DNA of 64,000 bases from Rubrivivax sp. (lineage in GTDB: Bacteria; Pseudomonadota; Gammaproteobacteria; Burkholderiales; Burkholderiaceae_C): positions 7,619 through 71,618 of the forward strand of contig JBILNB010000015.1 of assembly GCA_044375195.1 (NCBI GenBank), given 5' to 3'. The translations under genes and the position numbers were made by a program. Below, piece after piece: positions 30,537 to 39,519 of this stretch; within the stretch, counting starts at the first letter, position 1, and the number at the start of each line of letters is the position of its first letter. The notes below the pieces were generated by a model. The model was not told the origin of the DNA. It did not search any database and saw only the letters and a list, made by a program, of their open reading frames with translations.

Positions 30537-31475
30537 ATGCAGGGATGGAGCGTTCGCTGGGACCTGGCCGACAGCGGCGACTGGGACCGTCTGCATCACC
30601 AGGCCGCGGGCAGTCTGCAGCAGTCGTGGCGCTACGGGCAGGCCATGCAGGCGCTGGGCATCCCCTGCCTGCGCGCGCTGGTGCGCGACGGCGACCGGAT
30701 CGTCGGCGCAGCGCAGTTCCTGCAGCAGCGCCTTCCCTGGTTCGTCCGTTCTGCCTTGTGCAGCCGCGGGCCGCTGTGGCACCCGGAGCTCTCGGTGGCG
30801 CAGCAGGCAGTCGCAGTCGAGATGATCCGCAAGACTTTGCCGGTGCGGCGCCCGCGCGTGGCCATCTTCACGCCCGAGCTCGAGCAGCACGAGGCCCTGC
30901 GCGCAGGCAACCCCTGCGCCGGGCTGCGTCGGGTGATGACGGGATACTCGACCGTGCTCGTCGACCTGCGCCGCAACGCCACCGACCTGCGGCGCCGGCT
31001 CGACGGCAACTGGCGCAACCGGCTGGTGGCGGTCGAGCGCTCCGCCGTCGAGGTCTGCGACGAGAGCGCCGACGCGCCGGCGCACGAGGCCATGGTGGCC
31101 GCAGAGTGGGAGCAGCGACGCAGCCGGGGCTACTTTTCGCTGCCGCGGGCGTTCGTCGCCGCGTGGCGGGTCGTGCCGCCTGCCGAGGGTGCCACCCTGC
31201 TGCTGTCGGCGCGGCTGGCCGGCGAGCGAGCGGCCGCGGTCCTGTTTCTCGTCCACGGGCGCACGGCGACCTACCACCTGGGCTGGACCGGGCCGGCGGG
31301 CCGGCAGTCCCACGCCCACAACCTCCTGATGTGGCGGGCCTTCGTCGCGCTGCAGGACCGCGGCGTGGAGGTGCTGGATCTCGGCGGTGTGGACACGGTT
31401 CGGGAGCCCGGCATCGCGCGGTTCAAGATCGGCACCGGCGGGCGCGTCTGCACGCTCGTGGGCAGCTACGCCTGA
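30537..31475 (+). CDS. FemAB-like GNAT acyl/aminoacyl transferase
   Basis: LQQSWRYG, RGPLW, TVLVDL...WRNRL, ATYHLGW, HNLLMW, LDLGG, GIARFKIGTGG. Confidence 0.8.
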   Translation: MQGWSVRWDLADSGDWDRLHHQAAGSLQQSWRYGQAMQALGIPCLRALVRDGDRIVGAAQFLQQRLPWFVRSALCSRGPLWHPELSVAQQAVAVEMIRKTLPVRRPRVAIFTPELEQHEALRAGNPCAGLRRVMTGYSTVLVDLRRNATDLRRRLDGNWRNRLVAVERSAVEVCDESADAPAHEAMVAAEWEQRRSRGYFSLPRAFVAAWRVVPPAEGATLLLSARLAGERAAAVLFLVHGRTATYHLGWTGPAGRQSHAHNLLMWRAFVALQDRGVEVLDLGGVDTVREPGIARFKIGTGGRVCTLVGSYA

Positions 31476-31540
31476 GGAGCCGGAGCCCGCCTTGCACGCC
31501 GCCAGGCCCGCAGGCCCGGCCGCTGCCGGGCACCGACCGG

Positions 31541-32005
31541 TCAGCCCGGCGGGCCGTCGTAGTCGGCGCAGACCATGCCGAACAGCAGCGCGAACGGGGT
31601 GCCCGGCACGATCTTGCGCCAGTAACCCATCTCCTGCACGTCGAAGACCTGTGCGCCGCTGAGCAGCGGCCCGGCATGGCTGCTGATCCGGCCGATGCGG
31701 AACATCTGGTGCCGGCACTCGTATTCGGCCGTGTAGCGGCGCGAAAGCACGCCGTCGCTGTCCTTTTCCTTGAGGCTCTGCATCTCGATGACGCGGCGGA
31801 TCTGCCCGTCGCGCTGAAGCGAGCCGGCCTGCACGTAGACGGTGGCGAGCGCCGTCTCGCCCATGCGGCGCCATCCCGGCGGCGACTCCGGGGCTGCGGG
31901 CACCGCGCTGGCGGACGTCTGCCGCGAAGCCGCTCCGAAGGCGGCTGCGCAGAGGGCCAGACAGATGGCGATTCGAGTAGTGTTTTTGATTGTTGGATGG
32001 TGCAT
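31541..32005 (-). CDS. Surface-adhesin E family exported protein
   Basis: Signal peptide, GW...VYV...SLQRDG, EYEC, WRKIVPGT...VC. Confidence 0.6.
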   Translation of the reverse strand: MHHPTIKNTTRIAICLALCAAAFGAASRQTSASAVPAAPESPPGWRRMGETALATVYVQAGSLQRDGQIRRVIEMQSLKEKDSDGVLSRRYTAEYECRHQMFRIGRISSHAGPLLSGAQVFDVQEMGYWRKIVPGTPFALLFGMVCADYDGPPG

Positions 32006-32106
32006 GACGATAGAATCAATTCGCAAAGTTTATTCGTTTGACGCGCGGTGCTCAGCCGGTGACCCGCCGGCCGGTCCGCTGCGGTCATCGATACAGAGGG
32101 TGGGCG

Positions 32107-32970
32107 ATGTTCTTCTTCATTGGACTGATCGTGGTGTTCGTCGCGGTGCTCGGCGGGTACGTCGCTGCCGGTGGCAAGCTCGGCCCCATCATCAAGGCGG
32201 CTCCGTTCGAGTTCGTCATCATTGCCGGGGCGGCCATCGGCGCGTCCCTCGTGGGCAACAGCTTCCCGGTGTTCAAGGCGGCGATGGCCGGCATCGGCCG
32301 CTGCATCTCGGGCCCCAAGTGGAAGCCCCAGGATTACCTGAACCTGATCACGCTCGTGGGCAAGCTGCTGGCCGTGATGAAGCGCGAGGGGGTCGTGGCG
32401 CTGGAGGCGCACGTCGAGAACCCGGACTCGAGCCCGATCTTCGGGGAGTTCCCCAAGCTCGCCAAGGACCATTCGGTCGTGCAGATGATCTGCGACCCGC
32501 TGCGGCTGGCGGTGATCTCCCAGGGCAACCTCGACCCGGAGTCGGTGGAGGAGATCATGGGTACCGCCATCAAGGTGCATCACCACGAGGCGATGCGCGC
32601 GCCTGCGGCGCTGACGACGATCGCCGGGTCGCTGCCGGCCCTGGGCATCGTGGCCTGCGTGCTGGGTGTCGTCAAGACCATGGGCGCCATCGACCAGCCG
32701 CCAGCGGTGCTCGGCGCCCTCATCGGCGCGGCGCTCGTGGGCACGATGCTCGGGGTGTTCCTGTCCTATGCCATGTTCGAGCCCTTCGCCAACCGCCTGG
32801 GGCAGATCGTCGAGGAGGAGGCCCAGGTCTACAAGGTCATCCAGCAGATGATCGTGGCCAATCTGCGCGGGCATCCGCAGCCCATCGTCATCGAGGCGGC
32901 GCGGGCGTGCATCGATCACGCCAACCAGCCGTCCTTCTCCGAGGTCTTCGACACCTTGCGTGGCGCATGA
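32107..32970 (+). CDS. motA: Stator protein MotA
   Basis: Four-TM pattern, KREGVVALEAHVENP (Arg90/Glu98 equivalents), LPALGIVACVLGVV. Confidence 0.95.
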   Translation: MFFFIGLIVVFVAVLGGYVAAGGKLGPIIKAAPFEFVIIAGAAIGASLVGNSFPVFKAAMAGIGRCISGPKWKPQDYLNLITLVGKLLAVMKREGVVALEAHVENPDSSPIFGEFPKLAKDHSVVQMICDPLRLAVISQGNLDPESVEEIMGTAIKVHHHEAMRAPAALTTIAGSLPALGIVACVLGVVKTMGAIDQPPAVLGALIGAALVGTMLGVFLSYAMFEPFANRLGQIVEEEAQVYKVIQQMIVANLRGHPQPIVIEAARACIDHANQPSFSEVFDTLRGA

Positions 32971-32999
32971 CGCAGGGCTTGCAGCGGGTGAGCTGAACG

Positions 33000-33989
33000 A
33001 TGGCTGCTGCCCAGGAGCCGGCTGAGAAGCCCCAGGAGCAGGCCGCGCCGGCCGCCGCGCCTGCTCCTGCGCCCGCCCCGGCGCCAGACGATGGAGGGTC
33101 CGACAAGCGGCCGATCATCGTCAAGAAGATCATCGACGAGGGCCACGGCGGCCACCACGGCGGCGCCTGGAAGATCGCGCTGGCCGACATGATGACGGCG
33201 ATGATGGCCTTTTTCCTGCTGATGTGGCTGCTTGGCGCCACCACCGAGGACAGGCGCAAGAGCGTGGCCGACTACTTCCGCCCGGCTTCTCACAGCCAGA
33301 TCAAGTTCGGCGAGATGGCCGGGTCGGACGGCCTGCTCGGGGGCTCGTCGGTGGTGGATGTCGACGGGTTCCCGTTCACGGCCAGGCAGAGCTCGCTGCT
33401 GGAGCGGCTCACGCCGAAGGCGCAGGGCGGCGCGAACGCGACCGAGGGCGGGGCGGCAGACCAGCGCAGCCGCGACGGCACCAGCGATTCGGAGCCGAAG
33501 CCGCAAGCTTCCGCGGCCGACCAGGAGAACTTCGAGAAGCTCGAGGCCCAGTTGCGCGAGGACCTGTCGAAGAACCCGCAGCTGCAGGCGGTCAAGGACA
33601 CGGTCAGCATCGTGCGCGAGAGCGACGGCCTGCGCATCGAGATCATCGACAAGGCCGACTTCTCGATGTTCCGCCTTGGCACGGCCGACCTGGACCCGCG
33701 CGCTGCAGCGCTGCTGGGCGAGGTTGCGCGCTCGCTGCAGGCGCTGCCCAACCGGTTGGCGGTGCGCGGCCATACCGACAGTCTCGGCTTCGCCGACGCC
33801 AGCGGGCGCAGCAACTGGTCCTTGTCCACCGAGCGCGCCGACGCGACGCGCCAGTTGATGGTCGGCGCGGGCGTGAACGCGCAGCGCTTCTCCCGCATCG
33901 AGGGCGTGGCCGACACGCAGCCGTTCGTGCCGCGCAACCCGGCCGATCCGCGCAACCGGCGCGTGAGCATCACCGTGCTCAATCAGTGA
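33000..33989 (+). CDS. motB: Stator protein MotB
   Basis: HGGAWKIALADMMTAMMAFFLLMWL with the conserved Asp; OmpA-like domain GHTDS...NWSLSTERA...NRRVSI. Confidence 0.95.
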   Translation: MAAAQEPAEKPQEQAAPAAAPAPAPAPAPDDGGSDKRPIIVKKIIDEGHGGHHGGAWKIALADMMTAMMAFFLLMWLLGATTEDRRKSVADYFRPASHSQIKFGEMAGSDGLLGGSSVVDVDGFPFTARQSSLLERLTPKAQGGANATEGGAADQRSRDGTSDSEPKPQASAADQENFEKLEAQLREDLSKNPQLQAVKDTVSIVRESDGLRIEIIDKADFSMFRLGTADLDPRAAALLGEVARSLQALPNRLAVRGHTDSLGFADASGRSNWSLSTERADATRQLMVGAGVNAQRFSRIEGVADTQPFVPRNPADPRNRRVSITVLNQ

Positions 33990-33999
33990 CGGGATGCGC

Positions 34000-35178
34000 C
34001 TAGCGCTTCAGCCCGTACTTGGCCAGCTTCTCGATCAGTGTGGTGCGCTGCAGACCCAGCAGCCGCGCCGCCTGGGAGACGTTGCCCCTGGAGCGGTCCA
34101 TCGCCTGCTCGATGAAGCTGCGCTCGATCGAGTTGATGCGGTCGCGCAAGGAGATTCCCTGCTCGCCCAGCAGGTCCAGGCCGAGCGCCATCCGGATCGC
34201 GTCCTCGGCGGGATTGGTGGCGGCCTCGTCGCCTGCCGGGGCAGGGGCCTGGGCGCCGTCGAGTGTCGCCTCGGCCTCGGCTTCCTGTGCCGTGTCTTTC
34301 CAGGCCGTCTCATGCAGGAGGTGCTCGGCGCCGGGCGCGTCCGACAGCAGCGCCTCGCGCGGCGGCCCGGACGTCTGCGCCCCGCTGCCGGCCCGGGCGC
34401 GGGCCAGTGCCGCCGGCAGCATCCACACCGGGATGGACTCCAGGCTCAGGACCTGGGACGGGTACAGGGCCGAGAAGCGATCCACGAGATTGGACAGTTC
34501 GCGCACGTTGCCGGGCCAGTCGTAGGCGCGCAGCGCCTCCAGCATGCAGGCGTCGAAGGTCACGGGCTCGAAGCCGGGCGCACTGTGATGACGGGCGTAG
34601 AAGGACAGCATCTCCGGCACGTCCTCCGGACGCTCGCGCAAGGGCGCGGTGCGCATCGGGATGACATTGAGCCGATAGAACAGGTCCTCGCGGAACCGAC
34701 CCTGCTGGACGTCCCGCTCCAGGTCGCGGTTGGTGGCGGCGACGATGCGCACGTCGATGGGCACGCTTTCAATCGAGCCCAGCGGCTCGATGCGGCGCTC
34801 CTGCAGCACGCGCAGCAGCTTCACCTGCGTGTCCACGGGCAGGTCGCCGACCTCGTCGAGGAAGAGCGTGCCGCCGTTGGCCATCTCGAAGCGTCCGGTT
34901 CGGTGGGCCAGCGCGCCGGTGAAGGCTCCGCGCCGGTAGCCGAAGAGCTCGCTCTCGATCAGGTCCTTGGGAATGGCGCCGCAGTTGATCGGGATGAAGG
35001 GACCGTCCTGCCGAGGCCCGCTTGCATGCAGTGCCTGGGCCACCAGTTCCTTGCCGGTGCCGCTCTCACCGGTGATCAGCACCGTGGCGCGGGACGCCGC
35101 AACGGTCTGGATGAGTTCGCGCAGCACCCGCATGGGCTCGCTGCGGCCGATCAAGGGCGGTGTGGGGGCTCCTCTCAT
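34000..35178 (-). CDS. fleQ: FleQ/FlrA-like sigma54 activator lacking an N-terminal regulatory domain
   Basis: Starts immediately at the AAA+ domain (LIGRS, GESGTGKE, GAFTGA); FleQ-like HTH AARLLGLQRTTLIEKL. Confidence 0.75.
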   Translation of the reverse strand: MRGAPTPPLIGRSEPMRVLRELIQTVAASRATVLITGESGTGKELVAQALHASGPRQDGPFIPINCGAIPKDLIESELFGYRRGAFTGALAHRTGRFEMANGGTLFLDEVGDLPVDTQVKLLRVLQERRIEPLGSIESVPIDVRIVAATNRDLERDVQQGRFREDLFYRLNVIPMRTAPLRERPEDVPEMLSFYARHHSAPGFEPVTFDACMLEALRAYDWPGNVRELSNLVDRFSALYPSQVLSLESIPVWMLPAALARARAGSGAQTSGPPREALLSDAPGAEHLLHETAWKDTAQEAEAEATLDGAQAPAPAGDEAATNPAEDAIRMALGLDLLGEQGISLRDRINSIERSFIEQAMDRSRGNVSQAARLLGLQRTTLIEKLAKYGLKR

Positions 35179-35249
35179 CCTCTTACTGCTTGTTCGACAT
35201 GACTTTGGCGGGTGCTCCGCGGGGGTGTTGAGCCCGGCGCCCGGGCGCC

Positions 35250-35282
35250 TGTCGGCGATTTGACACCTGTCGAAGAGTTGGC
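35250..35282. promoter_or_regulatory. Tandem FleQ-type boxes upstream of fleQ
   Basis: TGTCGG-CGAT-TTGAC (35250-35264) and TGTCGA-AGAG-TTGGC (35268-35282); same pattern as the box at 10954-10968. Confidence 0.55.
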
Positions 35283-35387
35283 GGATGTTATCCGATGAAT
35301 ATGCAAAAAAAATGTAAAGTGTTCGTAAAGATAGAAACTCTCGCGGAATACATTCCCTGTTCCATGAGGCGACCAGATTCGTTCAAC

Positions 35388-35417
35388 TGCGCGTGCGCGT
35401 GCGTGTGCGCGTGCGCG
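35388..35417. repeat. 30-nt perfectly alternating pyrimidine/purine tract
   Basis: TGCGCGTGCGCGTGCGTGTGCGCGTGCGCG. Confidence 0.8.
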
Positions 35418-35458
35418 GGCGCCGTCCCGCCGGGTGGTCTGGGCCCGGGGGTCGGGTC

Positions 35459-36823
35459 ATGAGCCGCGCCCACTGGCCCGAGGAGACGCTGGACACCGAC
35501 GTCGGCTCGCCGCGGCTGTATGACGCGGGCGCCGTCGAGGACTGGGTGGACATCCTGGTCGCGCGTCGCAGCAGTCTGCTGCTGTGCGGTGACGACTCGG
35601 CCCTGGACCGGCAGGCGCAGCTGCTGCTCCAGGGGCTGCGCAAGGCCGGCGGCGTGGAGACCGCGCTCATCTTCGACATGGACCGCTCGCTGCTGCTCGA
35701 GCGCTTCAACCGCCTGCTGTCCGACATGACGGTGGACCAGGCGCGTGCGGCGGCCCCGGGCGTTGCTCGCGTCTGGGTGTTCCAGGTCCAGGCCGATGCC
35801 GAGCTCGACCAGGCCCGCCTGCTGCTGCGCCTGAGCCAGGACCTGCCCGGCGCCGGCGTGGTCGTGCTGCTGCTCGCCTCCGTGCGGCTGGCACGTGAAC
35901 TGGCGCCCGAGGGCAGTGGCCGGCGCCTGCAGGTGCGCGTGATCGGCGACCCCTGGGCCCGATCCGGCGGCCCCGAGGAGCCGGGCGCCGCGCGCCAGGA
36001 GCCGCCGATGGTGCCACCGTCGGCTGCGTCGGCTTCGGCGTCGGCTTCGGCGTCGGCGACCACGCCGGCGCCCAAGCGCGGCACGAAGCTGCGCACCACG
36101 GTCCTGGCCGGGGTCGCGCTGCTACTGGCGAGTGCAGGTGCGGTCATCTTCCTGCGCCCGGCCGAACTGCGTCTTGCCCTGGGGCCTGTTGCCAAGCCCG
36201 CCGCGGCAGCGTCTGCAGTGGCGCCCGAGGCCTCTGCGCCTGCGTCTGCGGTCGCACAGGCGCTTCCTGCCCCGGCCACGGCATCGGCATCGGCTGCCCA
36301 GGCCGTCGCGGTGGCACCAGCCGCGGCCGCATCCGCCCCTGCCCTCAAGCCGGCGCCAGCGCCCGGGCCGGTTGCAGCGGTCCCGCCCGGCCAGCCGCAG
36401 CCGGCCGCCGCCGGCACGACCGTGCCTGCAGCGGCCGGCAAGAGCTTGCCGCCGACCGGCGACGCCTTGGCCTCGGCGCGCGAGCAGGTGGCACGCAGCG
36501 CCAGCTGGATCGACGCCCAGCCCGAGTCGAGCTGGCTGGTGCAGCATGCGGTGAGCGGGCGCGCGAGCGACTTGCTCGACCTGCGCCTGAGCCAGCCTGC
36601 GCTGGCCGACGCCCGCATCATTGCCACCTTCCGCAGTGACGGGCGCGTGTACTTCGCGCTGGTGTCGGGGCCCTTCGATTCCGCCGCCGACGCGCGCAGC
36701 TTCGAGCAAGGTCTGCCGAAGCTTGCCACGCCCAGCTTCGTGCGCAGCATCTCGCGCGTGAAGAGGGAGCTCGTGGAACCGACGAGCCCGAACGTCCCGG
36801 GCCTGCCGCCGGTCGCGCGTTGA
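35459..36823 (+). CDS. Membrane protein with Ala/Pro linker and C-terminal SPOR-like (DamX-type) domain
   Basis: Cytoplasmic N-domain, one TM, PA-rich linker, WLVQ...YFALVSGPFDSAADARSFEQGLP...FVRSI. Confidence 0.7.
   Translation: MSRAHWPEETLDTDVGSPRLYDAGAVEDWVDILVARRSSLLLCGDDSALDRQAQLLLQGLRKAGGVETALIFDMDRSLLLERFNRLLSDMTVDQARAAAPGVARVWVFQVQADAELDQARLLLRLSQDLPGAGVVVLLLASVRLARELAPEGSGRRLQVRVIGDPWARSGGPEEPGAARQEPPMVPPSAASASASASASATTPAPKRGTKLRTTVLAGVALLLASAGAVIFLRPAELRLALGPVAKPAAAASAVAPEASAPASAVAQALPAPATASASAAQAVAVAPAAAASAPALKPAPAPGPVAAVPPGQPQPAAAGTTVPAAAGKSLPPTGDALASAREQVARSASWIDAQPESSWLVQHAVSGRASDLLDLRLSQPALADARIIATFRSDGRVYFALVSGPFDSAADARSFEQGLPKLATPSFVRSISRVKRELVEPTSPNVPGLPPVAR
36436..36451. 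promoter_or_regulatory. Palindrome CGGCAA-N4-TTGCCG (intragenic)
   Basis: CGGCAAGAGCTTGCCG, ~375 bp upstream of the candidate flgP promoter. Confidence 0.45.
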
Positions 36824-36825
36824 CC

Positions 36826-36840
36826 GGGCTCAAGACTTGC
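36826..36840 (+). promoter_or_regulatory. Candidate sigma54 promoter of flgP
   Basis: GGGCTC-AAGAC-TTGC (GG-N10-GC spacing exact, imperfect -24). Confidence 0.5.
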
Positions 36841-36912
36841 ATGCGGACGCCGAATCCTTGACGGCGGGGCGTCTTGCGCCGCCGTTGTTCGCATCGTCAG
36901 GAGGGAGTGCCG

Positions 36913-37488
36913 ATGTTCAATCGAAGCCGCACGTGGGCGCTGTGCCTGGCAGCCCTGGGTCTGTCGGCCTGTCAGCACGTGGCGCTGCCGCCCATGGGCG
37001 AGAACGCCGCGGAGCCTGCCCGGCCCGTTCGCGACATGAACGCCAAGGAACTCAAGGCGGAAATGTCCGCCGGCGTCCGGGCGCCGAGCCCGCCGGTGTC
37101 GATGATCGAGCCCTTGATCGAGAAGCGCGACACGCTGGTGGCCACGGGCTACGCGGTCGTCAGCGTGCAGAAGCACAGCAACCCGGCCCAGCAGCGCCTG
37201 CTGGCGATCCGGGCCTCCAAGCTCGACGCCTACCGGTCGCTGACCGAGCAGGTCTACGGTCAGTATCTGGACGCGACGACCACCGTGGCCGACATGACCG
37301 TGATGAGCGACACCTTCCGCGCCAAGGTCGAAGGGGTGATCTACGGCGCCGTGCTGGTGAGCATCTCGCCGGTGGGCGACGACACCTACGAGACCTCGCT
37401 GTCGCTGGACAGCGCGGTCGTCAACGACCTGCGGCTGCTGTACCTGGGTCAGCTCGCCTCGAAGCAGCGCGCCCGGCGCGCCCAGTGA
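36913..37488 (+). CDS. flgP: Flagellar lipoprotein FlgP (LPP20 family)
   Basis: Lipobox LSAC; ATGYA, QRLLAIRASKLDAYRSLTEQVYG, RAKVEGVIYGA. Confidence 0.85.
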   Translation: MFNRSRTWALCLAALGLSACQHVALPPMGENAAEPARPVRDMNAKELKAEMSAGVRAPSPPVSMIEPLIEKRDTLVATGYAVVSVQKHSNPAQQRLLAIRASKLDAYRSLTEQVYGQYLDATTTVADMTVMSDTFRAKVEGVIYGAVLVSISPVGDDTYETSLSLDSAVVNDLRLLYLGQLASKQRARRAQ

Positions 37489-37522
37489 CCCGGCCGTGGC
37501 GGGGGGCGCCTTGACCAGGAGC

Positions 37523-38890
37523 GTGGACCGACGGCGCGCAGGCTTGCACAGGCCGCACACCCTGGGCGCGTGCGCGGTCGGCTGCCTGGCGGGTCTGCTC
37601 CTGGCTGCGCTGTCGGAAGGTGTGGCGGCCCAGAACGCACCCCGCGGCGCCGCATCCGCAGCCGCTCCTGCGCCCGCAGCTGCACCCGCACCCGCACCCG
37701 CACCCACAGCGTCTGGTGCCGCCCGCGCGCCTGCGCCTGCTGCCGCGCGTCCGCCCGCCACCGCGCGCGCCCCCGCTGCCGCGGCACGACCGGCGGCCGC
37801 TGCCAGAGCGGGCGCCGTGGCACCCGCCGCCGTTCCCGCGGCCGTGGCTGCTGTTGCGGCGCCGGTGGACGACCCGGAAAAGCTGCTGCAGGCCATCCGG
37901 GCTTCACTCATCGATGCCGCCACCAGCGCCCCCACCCGGGTCGTCAGCTCGGCCTGGGTCGACGAGAGTGGCGCCCTGCACGAATCGACCCAATGGCACA
38001 GCCAGCTTCGCTTGCGGGGGGTGCGGGTGCTGGAGTACCTGGAGCCCGAGAAACCCGAGCGCGACGAAAAGCAACGCCGCTGGAACGTCCAGGCGCTCGT
38101 CGAGCCGGCGGGGCGGCGCTCCGCGGTCAGCGCCCAGGAGTGCCTGGACGCCGTGCGGCCCTGGCGCATGGCCATGCGGCTGGAAGTCAGCCAGGATTCG
38201 CGCCTGCACGGCCCCGATGCCGCGGTGGCGGCGCTGCTGGCCCAGCAGACCCGGGCCTGGTGGGCGAGCCAGGGTGCCAGCCTGCCGCGCTGGTATGCGC
38301 AGGTGCCGGTGCCGGCGTTCGGCCTGCCCGTGGGCACGGCAACGGCCATGCCGCAGCCGCCCTCGGCCTACCAGCAGGCCCTCATCGGCGCGCCGCCCCG
38401 GGTGTCGGGCGCCGTGCTGCGCATGCATCTCACGGCGTCTGCCACCGGTGGCTCCGGCGGGCTGTCTGCCAGCCTCGTCTTCGACGACGGCGACGGCCGC
38501 GTGCTCTGGCGTCAGACCCAGCCCCTCGCCGGCCAGGCGCCGCAGGCTTTCGCCGGGGCCTCCGAACAGGCGGCCCTCGAGGCCTTGCTGCAGCGCTGGC
38601 GCGAGGTCCTGGCCACGCTGGCGCCCTGCGAGTTCCCGCGCTTCGACGTCGTCGCGGCGCCGCAGCAGCGCTGGGTGCTGCCGGTCGGCCCGGAGTCGGG
38701 CTTCCTGCCCGGGCAGCGTGTCTTCATCGCCGACCGTGCCCGCGTGCCCGAGCGCCTGCTCGAGCCCGACGCGCTGGGCCAGACCGCCCTGGCCGAGGTT
38801 GTTTCGGTATCCACCAACGAGGTTGCGCTGCGCCAGGTGGCCGGCCCCCGCCTCAGTGCCGGCGTGCGCTGGGTGGCCTGGCCCCTGTGA
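37523..38890 (+). CDS. FlgT-like periplasmic protein
   Basis: Signal peptide, PA-rich linker, C-terminal PCEFPRFDVV...VGPESGFLPGQRVFI resembling the FlgT C-domain; adjacent to flgP. The N-terminal part is divergent. Confidence 0.5.
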   Translation: MDRRRAGLHRPHTLGACAVGCLAGLLLAALSEGVAAQNAPRGAASAAAPAPAAAPAPAPAPTASGAARAPAPAAARPPATARAPAAAARPAAAARAGAVAPAAVPAAVAAVAAPVDDPEKLLQAIRASLIDAATSAPTRVVSSAWVDESGALHESTQWHSQLRLRGVRVLEYLEPEKPERDEKQRRWNVQALVEPAGRRSAVSAQECLDAVRPWRMAMRLEVSQDSRLHGPDAAVAALLAQQTRAWWASQGASLPRWYAQVPVPAFGLPVGTATAMPQPPSAYQQALIGAPPRVSGAVLRMHLTASATGGSGGLSASLVFDDGDGRVLWRQTQPLAGQAPQAFAGASEQAALEALLQRWREVLATLAPCEFPRFDVVAAPQQRWVLPVGPESGFLPGQRVFIADRARVPERLLEPDALGQTALAEVVSVSTNEVALRQVAGPRLSAGVRWVAWPL

Positions 38891-38900
38891 AGCCCGCACC

Positions 38901-39500
38901 ATGCCCGGAGATGTGCCCATGCAAGCATTCGAGCGCTTCCTGACGGCGGCCCGCCCCCTGTTCGCGCCGATGGCGCGCGCAGGCTCTGCGGGAGCCTGTC
39001 TGTGGCCTGTCGTCCTGGTGGCCGCGGCGCTGGGCGCTGGTCGCGCGCATGCGGCCACGGCCGTCGAGGGGCTGTCCGAGCAGGGTCAGGCGGCGCTGCA
39101 GCACCTGCTGCACCCGCAGGCCGGCGGCGGCGCCGCGCGGGCCGACGGCGCAGCCCATGCCGAGGCCGCCGGGACCCGCGCGCGGGTCGTGCTGCAGCGT
39201 GGCGAGACCCTGGACCGCGTGATCGCCCGCACCCTGCGCGACAGCCCCTTCCGCGTCGAAGTGCTGCGCGAGGCCTACATGCGCCTGAACCGCAGTGCCT
39301 TTCCCCGCGGCACCCCGCAATCGCTCGTGGCCGGCTCGACCCTGGTCGTGCCGACCCCGGCCGACGTGCTCGGTATCGTCGACCCGCAGCGCCAGTGGTC
39401 TGCGCCCCCTGCCCCCGCCCACGCGCCGGCTGCCATGCCGGCACGGGCTGCCACGCCGGCGCTCGACACGGATCGCCGCAACTGGATCCGCTACCCCTAG
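38901..39500 (+). CDS. Exported protein with FimV-type LysM domain
   Basis: Signal ending AHA; RGETLDRVIA...AYMRLNRSAFPRGTPQSLVAGSTLVVP; start at 38901 or 38919. Confidence 0.7.
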   Translation: MPGDVPMQAFERFLTAARPLFAPMARAGSAGACLWPVVLVAAALGAGRAHAATAVEGLSEQGQAALQHLLHPQAGGGAARADGAAHAEAAGTRARVVLQRGETLDRVIARTLRDSPFRVEVLREAYMRLNRSAFPRGTPQSLVAGSTLVVPTPADVLGIVDPQRQWSAPPAPAHAPAAMPARAATPALDTDRRNWIRYP

Positions 39501-39519
39501 CCGGGCGGGGAGCCCGCCC

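Noticed and set aside
32078-32092. GG-N10-GC upstream of motA
   Set aside because: Poor flanks, and the predicted start would fall downstream of the RBS; no convincing motAB promoter was found.
37660-37860. GCACCC/GCGCCC-type short repeats
   Set aside because: They encode the Pro/Ala linker of the FlgT-like protein; not CRISPR, with no unique spacers or cas genes.
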